Positions 18,447 through 27,934 are shown, numbered from the stretch's first letter. The stretch: 64,000 bases of DNA from an uncultured Gemmatimonadaceae bacterium (GCA_963790305.1 CAWBOC010000009.1:544001-608000); one strand, 5' to 3'. Notes: a model not told the origin generated them from the sequence alone. A program made the numbers and translations.

Positions 18447-19661
18447 TCAGCGGCGACGCGGCGGTGGCGCACGTTCCTCGATGCGGCGGAGCCGCTCCTC
18501 GAGGCGCTGCAGTGCTTCACGCTCCGCCCGGAGCTCGGCTTCGGCGGCGGCGCGGCGCTGCTCGAGCTCGAGAAGGTTCTGCGCCTCGTACCGGTTGATC
18601 TCGAGCTCCAGCGCTGCGATGCGCTGCTGCCGGGTCTGAATCTCGGCCAATAGCGCCTCGCGCTGCCGTTCGAGCTGCGTCACGCGCGTCCGAAGGAAGT
18701 CTCCCTTCAACAGCGCGAAGATGTTGCTTTGCAGACCGATCGTGAACGCGAACTTGCTGTAGTTGTACAGCGCGCGCGCGGCAGTCTCGGTGGTGGTGTT
18801 GCTGGGCGACCGCGCTGCGCCGGCGCCAAGCTCGGTCCAGTAGAGGCCAGCCCGCATTCCGCGCCAATCGAGCGACGCGCCAACGTTGTAATCCCAGGCG
18901 TTGTTCTCTGCCATGAGCGACAACACGGTGTTCGGTGTCGGCGTGAAATCAACCTTGAGGCCCCCGAAGAGTCCGCCGGTCGAGTTCTTCGCGTACGCAT
19001 CGCCGAGCTCGCCGTCGTCCGAGAAAAGTCCGTTCCCGTATCCGACCGAGACCGACAGGTTCACGTCCGGCCACCCCGACCGAATATCGGCGAGCGAGAA
19101 GGATTTCGTCCCGACACCGTACACCGTGGGGGTGACGTCGAACGACTCGTGGATGCTGTCCGCGACGTGGCGATAGTTTGGCGAGCCCGGGTTCGGCGGC
19201 AGAAGCGAATACCCGATACCAAAACGATCGATTTGATCGTACGGACCAATGCCGCGCACGCCGAAGGCGATACTCGGAATGAACCACCCGCCCGGACGCC
19301 CCCGGAACTGCTCCTCGTTGAGGACCAGCGCCTGCCCGAAGAATCCGTACTCCGGATTGCTCGAGTAAAAGGCAACGCCGGCCTCGACGCGACCAAACAC
19401 CGACAGCGAGAACGTGAGCTGCGAGTTCAGCTGATCGTTGTAATTGATCTTCGTGACGGTCTGGTCGCCCTTTTCGAACGTCTTGACCGAGTAGTTGAGC
19501 GCGAAGTCACCGCTCAACGGCGCGACCCACGCAACGGGGATGTCGACGAGTCCCGCGCCCCAATAGAGCGTCTGCGGGTACGTCTGCTGTGCCGCGAGTG
19601 GACTCGCCAGGGCGCCGAGCCCAATGGTGGCTGCGGTCACGACGCGACGACGGATGCTCAT
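18447..19661 (-). CDS. YjbH/GfcD-like outer-membrane beta-barrel with C-terminal coiled coil (copy 2)
   Basis: GAGLVDIPVAWVAPLSGDFALNY resembles the YjbH N-terminal motif; alternating beta-strands; ~80 aa coiled-coil tail. Confidence 0.7.
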   Translation of the reverse strand: MSIRRRVVTAATIGLGALASPLAAQQTYPQTLYWGAGLVDIPVAWVAPLSGDFALNYSVKTFEKGDQTVTKINYNDQLNSQLTFSLSVFGRVEAGVAFYSSNPEYGFFGQALVLNEEQFRGRPGGWFIPSIAFGVRGIGPYDQIDRFGIGYSLLPPNPGSPNYRHVADSIHESFDVTPTVYGVGTKSFSLADIRSGWPDVNLSVSVGYGNGLFSDDGELGDAYAKNSTGGLFGGLKVDFTPTPNTVLSLMAENNAWDYNVGASLDWRGMRAGLYWTELGAGAARSPSNTTTETAARALYNYSKFAFTIGLQSNIFALLKGDFLRTRVTQLERQREALLAEIQTRQQRIAALELEINRYEAQNLLELEQRRAAAEAELRAEREALQRLEERLRRIEERAPPPRRR

Positions 19662-19673
19662 CGTTCTTTCCTC

Positions 19674-20928
19674 TTAGCGGAACGCGGGCGGAGTAGCGCT
19701 CGACGACGGCGCGCTTGGCGGCGGCGAGCTGGACGGTGGCGGAGTCGTCGGCGGCGGCGGATTGCGCTCGAATGTTCTGGAGCCGCTCCTCGGCGCGCCG
19801 AATCGCATCGCGCTCTTCCTGGATCTGACGCTCGAGCTCCTCGCGGCGACGTGCAATGTCCGCGAGCTCGCCGGCCTGGGCGCGGCGCAACGCGACCTCC
19901 AGCGCCCGAATGCGGCGCTCACGGTTCGCGATCTCGGCGCGCAACCGGTACTGCTCGCGCGTCAGCTCCGTCACCCTCGTGCGGAGAATGACGCCGCGCG
20001 AGATATCGATCAGGTTTCCTGCATACCCGAGTGAAACGTTCCACTTGCGGTAGTTATACACGCGGCAGAGCCCGCACTTCAATGGGTCGCGCGACCCTTC
20101 CTCGAGCTCCGTCCCGTAGAGTCCCAGGGCGATACCACGCCAATCGAGAATGACGCCCGCGTTCCAGTCCCACGCGTCGTTTTCGGCGAGTACCGTCAGC
20201 GAGGTGTTCAGTGACGGGTGAAAGGACACGCGGCCCCCGAGAAACATTCCCTCGACGAGCGTGCCCTTCATGTTGTATTCGTCGCCGAGACCGCCGTCAT
20301 CGTTGAAGATGCCGTTGCCCCAGCCGATTGAAAAACTGCCGCTGGTGGCGAGGGGGCTGCCAAACTCCTTGGTCGCGACGGCATACAGCGTCGGCGTTGA
20401 CTTGAGATCGTCGAAGACCGACGCACGCGCCTCGCCATACTCGACGCCTTCGAGGACGATGTCGTGCGCGATCAGCAAGCGGTCGGAATGATCGTACGGG
20501 CCGATGTTGCGAACGCCGATCGCGACCGAGGGCACGACGCCTCCGAATTGCTCTTCCCGGAGCAGCATGACCTGGCCGAAGAATCCCCACTCGGGATTCT
20601 GGCTGTAGGCCGCCGCGCCGATGGAGAACCGCCCGAGCCAGTGCGTGTCGATAGCGATGTTCGTGTTCCACTTCGTCGCCCAGTTCATCGCATCGGCATC
20701 GATATAGTGCTCGATTGTCTTGCCCGACGTATTCAGCCACATGTCGGCGTTGCGTGGAGACACCCACGCCACCGGGATGTTGATGAGGCCCGTGCCGAAC
20801 TGAAGCGTCGCCGGATACGGCGTGCGCTGCACGGTCGGGGCGTCCTGCGCCGCCACAGCGGACGCCAGGAGCAGCGAAGCTGCGAGGGCGCGCGGCATCA
20901 AGCCGACAGCCGACCGCATCGTGCGCAT
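19674..20928 (-). CDS. YjbH/GfcD-like beta-barrel with C-terminal coiled coil (copy 1), one-base frameshift at ~19771
   Basis: GTGLINIPVAWVSP; paralog of the downstream gene; RBS GGAGG; the Pro-rich tail and TAA 19674 lie in the +1 frame, which removes a 155-nt overlap with the next gene. Confidence 0.7.
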
Positions 20929-21059
20929 GAATCCTCCACTCACTCGGTGTTCATCGGTGATCATCGTAGCGCTGCGCCAACGACGCGTCTCGTTTTCGAC
21001 GACGCCGCGACGGCGGGAAACTTGTACGACGCGTGCGCCAGAATCAAACCCCTACGGGG

Positions 21060-21075
21060 TGCAAGAGGTATGCCC
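21060..21075 (-). promoter_or_regulatory. Putative sigma-54 (-24/-12) promoter for the Agl/Glt-like operon
   Basis: Minus strand GGGCATACCTCTTGCA: GG-N10-GC with TTGCA, vs consensus TGGCACGNNNNTTGCW. Confidence 0.5.
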
Positions 21076-21142
21076 CATGCCAGCGAGTCACGCGCCCGTC
21101 CGTCAGGTAGCGATCCTCGCGCACGATACGTATCTCTCGTCC

Positions 21143-22300
21143 GTGCACACCCGCCTGCTGATTCCAGCTTTGCTGCTCGTTGCCACTCCGCTCTCGCTCG
21201 TCGCGCAGAGCGATGCTTCTACCGCCGCGGCCGGTCGCATTCCACGCCGGACACTGCTCGCCGTAGTCGGTGCACTCGTCGGCGGAGCGGGTGGTGCGGT
21301 GCTTCATCACGACGAAAGCGGCACCGCGTGCCGCCCCTGTACCATCGGAGCTGGCGTACTCATCGGCGGCATCGCCGGGCTGTTCATCGGTCGCGAGGTC
21401 GATCAGACGTACGCGCTCCGGTACCGCGGAGCACCACGCCTGCGGATCCCGTTCGCGGAGCAACCACTCGACGGTGATTTGCTCGCCCTCACCGCACGAG
21501 ATACGCTTCTCGCCGTCGCTACATCGACCGGCGTCACTGTCTTGTCCAGCACCAGCGCACTGCGCACGCGCGGGCGACGCGCCACCGGCATTCGCGGGAT
21601 CTCCGCGCTCGACCTCACAAGTCGCACACACGCGCTGGCCGTTGCGACTCCCACCGGCCTTTACCTCTACCCACCCATCCAGGGCGCAGGCGTGCTTCTG
21701 CGGGAGGGCACGATTCAGGCCGCCAGCGCGTCGGACGACCACGTATTCTTCGCCCTCGGCTCGAGAATCGAGTGGGCCCCGCTAACCAGCGACTCCGCAC
21801 GCGTTTGGCGGGGGCTGGAAGTTAACACGTCGGTGGTCGATCTCGAATGGCAAGGCCGCCGGCGGACGCTCTGGGCGCTGACCGATACCCTCATCATCGC
21901 TCTGGAGTGGAATGGCGACAGCCTGGCGACGTCGTCTCGAACGCGCGTCGACGCTGGCGGACGTTCGCTGACCATTCATGGAGACATGATGGCCGTGGCG
22001 CTGGGAAGCGCGGGCGTCGCGATCTTCGACGTGGCGGACCCGACGGCGCCGCGCGAGGCGGCGCGGTGGTCGGAAGCTCGCTTCGTATACGACGTCGCAC
22101 TCGCGGCTGACCGCCTGTACGCCGGCGCCGGTCCGGAGGGCGTCTTCGTCATCGATGCCACCACGATACCACCACGCACCATAGGGCTCGCGTTCGATCT
22201 CGGGTTCGCGGCCACCCTCCTGTCCCGCAACGGATATACGTACATTCTCGACCGGCGCACGTCGTCCGTGCGCCGCATCTCCACTCCGACGACCCGGTGA
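21143..22300 (+). CDS. Exported protein with glycine-zipper segments and beta-propeller (LVIVD-like) repeats
   Basis: Signal peptide; GALVGGAGG and GVLIGGIAG; AVALGSAGVAIFDVADPTAP, GPEGVFVIDAT. Confidence 0.7.
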   Translation: MHTRLLIPALLLVATPLSLVAQSDASTAAAGRIPRRTLLAVVGALVGGAGGAVLHHDESGTACRPCTIGAGVLIGGIAGLFIGREVDQTYALRYRGAPRLRIPFAEQPLDGDLLALTARDTLLAVATSTGVTVLSSTSALRTRGRRATGIRGISALDLTSRTHALAVATPTGLYLYPPIQGAGVLLREGTIQAASASDDHVFFALGSRIEWAPLTSDSARVWRGLEVNTSVVDLEWQGRRRTLWALTDTLIIALEWNGDSLATSSRTRVDAGGRSLTIHGDMMAVALGSAGVAIFDVADPTAPREAARWSEARFVYDVALAADRLYAGAGPEGVFVIDATTIPPRTIGLAFDLGFAATLLSRNGYTYILDRRTSSVRRISTPTTR

Positions 22301-22303
22301 GAC

Positions 22304-22987
22304 ATGACTCGGTCACTCGCGCATGGCGCGGTGTCGCTTTCGTTGCTGCTCGTCCTCGGCTGCGGCGAAAGGGCGGCCGAGGGCGAGACGGCGCAAGCCG
22401 CGGCCCCGCCCTCCGCCACTCCCGACTCCCTGACGGCGCGAGCCGACGCCGCGCGCATTCAGGGGAGCCCAAACGCGCCAATCTGGGTGATCGAGGTAAG
22501 CGACTTTCAGTGCCCCTTCTGCAAGACGTGGCACGACTCGACCTATCGCACGCTCCAGCGGGAGTTCGTGACGCCCGGCACAATCCGGCTGGCCTACATC
22601 AACTACCCGCTGCCGAATCACGAGAACGCCATGCCCGCGGCCGAAGTGGCGATGTGCGCGGGCACCCAGGGCAAGTTCTGGCAGACGCACGACCGCCTGT
22701 TCGATACCCAGGAGCGCTGGGCGCACCTGCCTAACGCGGCAGCCCTGTTCGATTCCGTTGCGCGGTCGGCCGGCGTGGACGTCACGGCTATGCGCCGGTG
22801 CATCGACCAGGGCACCATACGCGCGCTCATCCAGGCGGATGCGGACCGTGCGCAGGAGTCCGGCGTCCAGGCAACGCCCTCTTTCATTATTGGGGGCGAT
22901 GTGCTCATCCGAGGCGCTCAGCCCATCGAGGCGTTCCGCAGAGCGATCGCGCAGAAGCTCGCGGCGCGCCCGGCCACAACCCCGTAG
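22304..22987 (+). CDS. DsbA-family thioredoxin-fold lipoprotein
   Basis: Lipobox VLGC; SDFQCPFC; GVQATPSF; GAQP. Confidence 0.92.
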   Translation: MTRSLAHGAVSLSLLLVLGCGERAAEGETAQAAAPPSATPDSLTARADAARIQGSPNAPIWVIEVSDFQCPFCKTWHDSTYRTLQREFVTPGTIRLAYINYPLPNHENAMPAAEVAMCAGTQGKFWQTHDRLFDTQERWAHLPNAAALFDSVARSAGVDVTAMRRCIDQGTIRALIQADADRAQESGVQATPSFIIGGDVLIRGAQPIEAFRRAIAQKLAARPATTP

Positions 22988-22997
22988 CCGCCGCTCG

Positions 22998-24287
22998 GTG
23001 CGCCCGCTGATCGCCGCCGCGTACGAGGCTGCGGCGCGACTCGCGCTGGCCGCTGCACAGGTGGTCCCGTTCGGCCAGTCGAAGCTGATTCGTACGCTGC
23101 GCGCACGTCGCGGTCTCGCGAACCGCTATCGAATCTGGGCGAGCCTGCATCGTGACCGCTCGCGTCCCCTCCTCTGGATGCACGCGCCATCGGTAGGTGA
23201 GGGTCTCCAGGCGCGCCCGGTGCTCGAGCGCCTCCGGGACACGAGGCCTGACCTGCAGCTCGCGTACACGCATTTTTCCCCGAGCGCCGAGGCGTTCGCA
23301 GCGCGCCTGAACGTGGACTTTCGCGACTATCTGCCGTTCGACGCCACGAACGCGACTCGCACCGCGCTGGACGCGCTCCAACCCACGGCGCTCATCTTCT
23401 CGAAGGGGGATGTCTGGCCCACGCTCACTCGTGAGGCCCGCGGGCGCAATGTCCGGCTGGGACTGATCAGCGCCACGCTTGCCGCGCGATCCTCGCGACG
23501 CGGCGGTATCGCCTCGGCGATGCTGCGTGAGGCATACGCGAGCCTCGACGCTGTCGGGGCCATCAATGCGGATGACGCGGAGCGGCTCGCGGAGCTCGGC
23601 GTACGGCGCCACGTCATCGAGGTCACCGGCGATACCCGGTACGATCAAGTGTGGGCTCGTGCGATGGCGGTCGATCGATCGAGCGCGCTCCTCGCTCCCC
23701 TGGAATCGACTCGGCCCACGCTGGTTGCCGGAAGCACCTGGCCCGCGGACGAGCGAGTGCTGCTCACCGCATGGAGTCGCGTTCGGCGCGAGATTCCCCG
23801 CGCAAGGCTGATCATCGCCCCCCATGAGCCAACGGCCGCGCATCTCCAGCCGATTGAGCGTTGGGCGAACGAGGGTCATCTCACGCACGCTCGCCTAACC
23901 ACACCCATGGCAGGGACCGCCAATGTCGTCGTCGTCGACCGCGTCGGCGTGCTGGGAGATCTCTACGCACTGGCGACTGTGGCGTTCGTCGGCGGAGGGT
24001 TTCACGCCGCTGGCTTACACTCGGTGGTCGAGCCTGCAGCCTTCGGCGCGCCGGTCATGTTCGGCCCGCGCTGGCAAATGAGTCGCGATGCGGGGCTCCT
24101 TGTACAGGCAAAGGGGGCAGCGGCGGTGTCGAGCGCGGCGGAGCTCGCCGATCGGCTCGTCGAATGGATGGCCGCCTCGGACGCCAGACGGGCGGCCGGT
24201 GATCACGCACGCGAGGTCGTGCGCTCCGGGCTGGGGGCCGCCGATCGTACCGTCGCGCTCGTGGCGCGACTGCTCGAACGCCGCTAG
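22998..24287 (+). CDS. waaA: 3-deoxy-D-manno-octulosonic acid transferase
   Basis: LWMHAPSVGE, YLPFD, VTGDTRYD, VAGSTW, IIAPHEP, AFVGGGF, EPAAFG. Confidence 0.9.
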   Translation: MRPLIAAAYEAAARLALAAAQVVPFGQSKLIRTLRARRGLANRYRIWASLHRDRSRPLLWMHAPSVGEGLQARPVLERLRDTRPDLQLAYTHFSPSAEAFAARLNVDFRDYLPFDATNATRTALDALQPTALIFSKGDVWPTLTREARGRNVRLGLISATLAARSSRRGGIASAMLREAYASLDAVGAINADDAERLAELGVRRHVIEVTGDTRYDQVWARAMAVDRSSALLAPLESTRPTLVAGSTWPADERVLLTAWSRVRREIPRARLIIAPHEPTAAHLQPIERWANEGHLTHARLTTPMAGTANVVVVDRVGVLGDLYALATVAFVGGGFHAAGLHSVVEPAAFGAPVMFGPRWQMSRDAGLLVQAKGAAAVSSAAELADRLVEWMAASDARRAAGDHAREVVRSGLGAADRTVALVARLLERR

Positions 24288-25924
24288 CGCGGCGCTCTCG
24301 CCGCCGGCAAGCCGAAGGTGGGAACGAGGTCGGGGCGATGCAGGAAGAATCCCTGCACCAATGGGACGCCGAGCTGCTTGACCGTCTCGAGCTCCTCCGC
24401 CCGCTCCACTCCCTCCGCGATCACCATCGCGTCGTGCTCTTCGGCGAACTTCACCATCGTCTCGACGAGATTCTGCTTGATGAAGTTCGTGTCGATCGAG
24501 TTGATGAGAGAAATGTCGAGCTTGATGAAGTCGGGCTCCAGGTTCGCGATCGACCCGAGTCCGGCGTAGCCGCTCCCGGCGTCGTCGACGGCGAATCGGA
24601 AACCGCGGTCGCGGAATGCCTGGAGCCGTTCACGGAACTTGGGATAGTCCTTGATCGCGGTTCGCTCGGTGATCTCGATGACGACGCGTTCAGGATCCGT
24701 CGTCTCGAGCGCGTCGAAGGTGGGATCCGAAAAATCGTGAGGATCGACGTTCAGGAAGAGCAGCTGCTGGTCGGTCAGCCATGACGCCATCCCTTCGACT
24801 GCGCGGCTTCGGCACAACCGCGACAGCTCCCAGATGAGATCGGCCTCGGCAGCTACTTCGAACATTACTTCCGGGCTCCGCAGGCTCCGCATGACGCCGC
24901 GGGCCAAGGCTTCATACCCGAAAATCTCGCCGGTGTCCGTGGTGAGAATCGGGTGATAGTCGATGTAGACGCTGCGAGCGCGAAGCGTGGCCTTGAGATC
25001 GGACACCTTGCGGGCGCGCTCGCGCTCCTCCACGCTCTTCGCGGCGTTGGCCGCCTCGCGAATGCCGCGGTAGATGAGACGCTCGAGTCGGATCTTGGGA
25101 TTGTAGTAGACGTGCGACGAGCCGATGTAGATGTCGAACAGCGCGGCGATCTCCTCACCGTGCGCCTCCTCGAGTCGCTGCGCCACGTGGCGCTCCAATC
25201 GGCTGGCGAGCTCGGTGATCATGCGCTCGCTCGCCGCGGGCACGCCCGGCGCGGGCACGTGGAAGAAGATGAAGTCGTCATCGTTGGTGAAGCCGACCAT
25301 CATCCGCGAGGAGCGAAGCGCGCTGTCGTCGAGGAACTCGTGCACCGATCTGGCGGTGGTCTCGAGAACGGCATCGAGCTTCTCCCATCCGTAGATCTCC
25401 TCGATCTTCGAATATCGAACGAAGTTGAGGTACATCACGACGAGCTCGCCACGCTTGCGGATCCCGCCGCGCATGCGTTCGATCATGACGGGGAGGGTAG
25501 GCAGCCCCGTCAGGGCATCGTACAGCATCTCCTGGTGCTCGACGCGCTCCGCCCGCTCGGCGACCTCGGCCCCCGTTGGCGCGACGCGGCCTAACGCCGT
25601 ATGGATGCGAGCCGCGATCTCCTCGGGGGATGCCGGCGAGCGATACCATTCCTCGACGCGGAAGTCGACCGCCCGGCGGCGCGCCGTCTCATCCTTGCAG
25701 CCCATGATGACCGCAATGCGTCGCTCATGGCTCTTCTCGACCGCGGCGCGGAGAATGGTCGGGTCATCCGTGGTCAGCAACACCGCACGGATATCCGACA
25801 TCGCCTCCAGCGTCTCGACGAGCTCGTCGAGCGGACGCATCTCCAGGCGCCAGCCCGGTAGGGCGGCGACGGCCTCGCGAACTTCCTGGTCGTTGGTGTC
25901 GCTGAGCAGTACGGAAACGGTCAC
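24284..25924 (-). CDS. c-di-GMP phosphodiesterase: degenerate REC-like + degenerate GGDEF + EAL
   Basis: YDALTGLP; NDDDF in place of GGDEF; YEALAR, DDAGSGYAGL, IKLD, AEGVE intact. Confidence 0.88.
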   Translation of the reverse strand: MTVSVLLSDTNDQEVREAVAALPGWRLEMRPLDELVETLEAMSDIRAVLLTTDDPTILRAAVEKSHERRIAVIMGCKDETARRRAVDFRVEEWYRSPASPEEIAARIHTALGRVAPTGAEVAERAERVEHQEMLYDALTGLPTLPVMIERMRGGIRKRGELVVMYLNFVRYSKIEEIYGWEKLDAVLETTARSVHEFLDDSALRSSRMMVGFTNDDDFIFFHVPAPGVPAASERMITELASRLERHVAQRLEEAHGEEIAALFDIYIGSSHVYYNPKIRLERLIYRGIREAANAAKSVEERERARKVSDLKATLRARSVYIDYHPILTTDTGEIFGYEALARGVMRSLRSPEVMFEVAAEADLIWELSRLCRSRAVEGMASWLTDQQLLFLNVDPHDFSDPTFDALETTDPERVVIEITERTAIKDYPKFRERLQAFRDRGFRFAVDDAGSGYAGLGSIANLEPDFIKLDISLINSIDTNFIKQNLVETMVKFAEEHDAMVIAEGVERAEELETVKQLGVPLVQGFFLHRPDLVPTFGLPAARAPR

Positions 25925-25939
25925 AGAGGAGAGTGCACG

Positions 25940-26335
25940 TCAGCGTCCGGCGCCAATGAGCGCGAGATTGCGTTCGACGCGTGCGTTCAAGTCGCTGAAG
26001 TCGATAGGCTTCGTGATGTAGTCATCCGCTCCCTGCTGGAGCGCCGACTGTTTGTCGTCCCAATCCTTCAGCGCGGTTACCATGATGATACGCACCGACT
26101 TTCCATGCTCCGAATGCTGCTTCATGATCCGGCACACGTCCCAGCCACTGCGGCCGGGCATCATGATGTCGAGCAGCACGAGCGCGGGTCGGGTCTGCTC
26201 GAACTGCGCGAGCGCCTCATCGCCGCCGTTCGCCACCACCACGTGATATCCCCGTGAGGTGAGAAAGTCTCGAAGAAGATCCGCGTTATCGACGTTGTCA
26301 TCGACGACGAGCAGCGTTGCGGCGTTGTGCTCCAT
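25940..26335 (-). CDS. Single-domain response regulator
   Basis: LVVDD, LLDIMMP, MVTA, DYITKP. Confidence 0.93.
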   Translation of the reverse strand: MEHNAATLLVVDDNVDNADLLRDFLTSRGYHVVVANGGDEALAQFEQTRPALVLLDIMMPGRSGWDVCRIMKQHSEHGKSVRIIMVTALKDWDDKQSALQQGADDYITKPIDFSDLNARVERNLALIGAGR

Positions 26336-26438
26336 GGGCGTCGTCCTGCCTAGGCTAGTCTAGTGTGTGAATTGGGAAGATGAGGGGCAAGACTCGGGCC
26401 CTATTCCGGGGTGGCGGTGCATCTCGTTGTCGGACAAA

Positions 26439-26499
26439 GAGGTGCTCGAAGTGCTTGCCGTCCCTCGAGCACCTCGAGCACCTCCGACTACCTCGAGCA
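26439..26499. repeat. 9-nt-periodic tandem/inverted repeat (CCTCGAGCA)
   Basis: gaggtgctcgaagtgctt ... cctcgagca cctcgagca cctccgacta cctcgagca. Confidence 0.65.
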
Positions 26500-26510
26500 G
26501 CGCTTGCCAA

Positions 26511-27173
26511 TCACCGCGGCGATAGCGCCGCCGGTCTCCACGCGATCGAGATGCCGAACCCGTCGTCTTCCCCGAAGAGGTCTCCGCCCGCAAACAGCGC
26601 CGCGAAGCGCAGCGACAGCTGACGGGAGAGCTCCAGATCGGCGCCCAGATCGAAGTTGATCGAGATGTCGTTGTCGTCCTCCCCGCCGCAGTCCGAGCAG
26701 AAATCTACGGACACGCGAGGGTGGACGTATGGCGTCACCGCCATCGCCCCCTCGAGGGGAAAGCGATGCCCTACCGACAGCCCCACTGGAACCCGGAAAA
26801 GGTTGAAATCGCCGAACGCGCCATAGAGCCCAGCGGTCAGCACGAGGTCGAGCGGCATGTCCGGCGTCGCCACGGCCAGCCGACGACCGAGCGCGCCGCC
26901 CAAAATGAAGTACCCATCACCGTTGTCCGGATCGGCAAACCCCGCATCCAGCTTCAGCTCGGTGCGAATGCCGAAGCCCTCGCGCCACTGAAACACCAAC
27001 GCAGTCCCGTAATCGCCTCCGTCAGCGAGCGCGAAGTTGAATTCGCGACTCATGATTTGAGGGTGATTGAACGAGGGGTAGTTCCATCCCTGTGCCGCGG
27101 CGGGCGCGGCGGCGATCACCGTGCAGGCGAACGCGAGAGACCACCGGCGTGCGCGAGCGAGGCCGAGCGACAT
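26511..27173 (-). CDS. Small outer-membrane beta-barrel protein (hypothetical)
   Basis: Signal peptide AAAQ; amphipathic strands; ends FGISIAWR. Confidence 0.7.
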   Translation of the reverse strand: MSLGLARARRWSLAFACTVIAAAPAAAQGWNYPSFNHPQIMSREFNFALADGGDYGTALVFQWREGFGIRTELKLDAGFADPDNGDGYFILGGALGRRLAVATPDMPLDLVLTAGLYGAFGDFNLFRVPVGLSVGHRFPLEGAMAVTPYVHPRVSVDFCSDCGGEDDNDISINFDLGADLELSRQLSLRFAALFAGGDLFGEDDGFGISIAWRPAALSPR

Positions 27174-27207
27174 TCACTCTCCCGGGTAGTGGTAGAGCTC
27201 CGCGGCT

Positions 27208-27879
27208 CTACTGCCCACGCCGCAAAGCGTAAGAGACCCCAACTCCGAACGTCCCGCCGGTCGCGCCGGGCTCGCCTTCATCTGCCTTTTGCCCGAGCTC
27301 ATATCCGACGGTGATGCCGAGCGCAGGAACGACAGCGACGTCCACACCGAATGACGCGCGGATGAGACCCTTGCTCTCGGACTCGTCGTCGAAGCTCACA
27401 CGAGTCCAGCTATAAAATGGCGCGGCATAGATTGAAATGCCACGCCGCTCACCGAGTCGTGTCCGCCACGAGATACTCGCGCCGGCCGGCACGTGCAGCA
27501 ACGACACCTCATCCTGCGACGATCCCCCCACGCCCGCGAACGCGCCAATGCCGAGTTTTCCAGCCATCATGGTCTGCGTGATTGGCACCGCTGCCCGCGC
27601 CCCCCATCCCCAGGCTCGATCGCCCTCATCGGGCTTGAAGGCGCCGAACCCTCCGGTCACCTGAAAGCGGGCACTGGCGGGTGACCACGCGAGCGCTCCG
27701 GCGTAACCCTTGGACTCGTCGGATTGCCCATAGTTCACCCCAATGGTAAGGCCCGGGTTGGCAAAAGCGTTCTGAAGCACGGGCACGCCTGGCAGCTGCG
27801 CGTTGACGCTGGTCAATCCCGCGAGTGAAAGCGCCGCCGTCATGATCTGGATGTGACGCCGCGACATGATCGCATTCAT
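27208..27879 (-). CDS. Small outer-membrane beta-barrel protein (hypothetical)
   Basis: Signal peptide VNAQ; amphipathic strands; ends FGVGVSYAL. Confidence 0.7.
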   Translation of the reverse strand: MNAIMSRRHIQIMTAALSLAGLTSVNAQLPGVPVLQNAFANPGLTIGVNYGQSDESKGYAGALAWSPASARFQVTGGFGAFKPDEGDRAWGWGARAAVPITQTMMAGKLGIGAFAGVGGSSQDEVSLLHVPAGASISWRTRLGERRGISIYAAPFYSWTRVSFDDESESKGLIRASFGVDVAVVPALGITVGYELGQKADEGEPGATGGTFGVGVSYALRRGQ

Positions 27880-27934
27880 TGATGTCTCCGTCGGTGATTC
27901 GCGTCACCCGACCGCGCAATGATCGTGCTCCCGA

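Noticed and set aside
19507..19673. Apparent 155-nt overlap between the two barrel genes
   Set aside because: Explained by the one-base insertion at ~19771; the true stop is likely TAA at 19674
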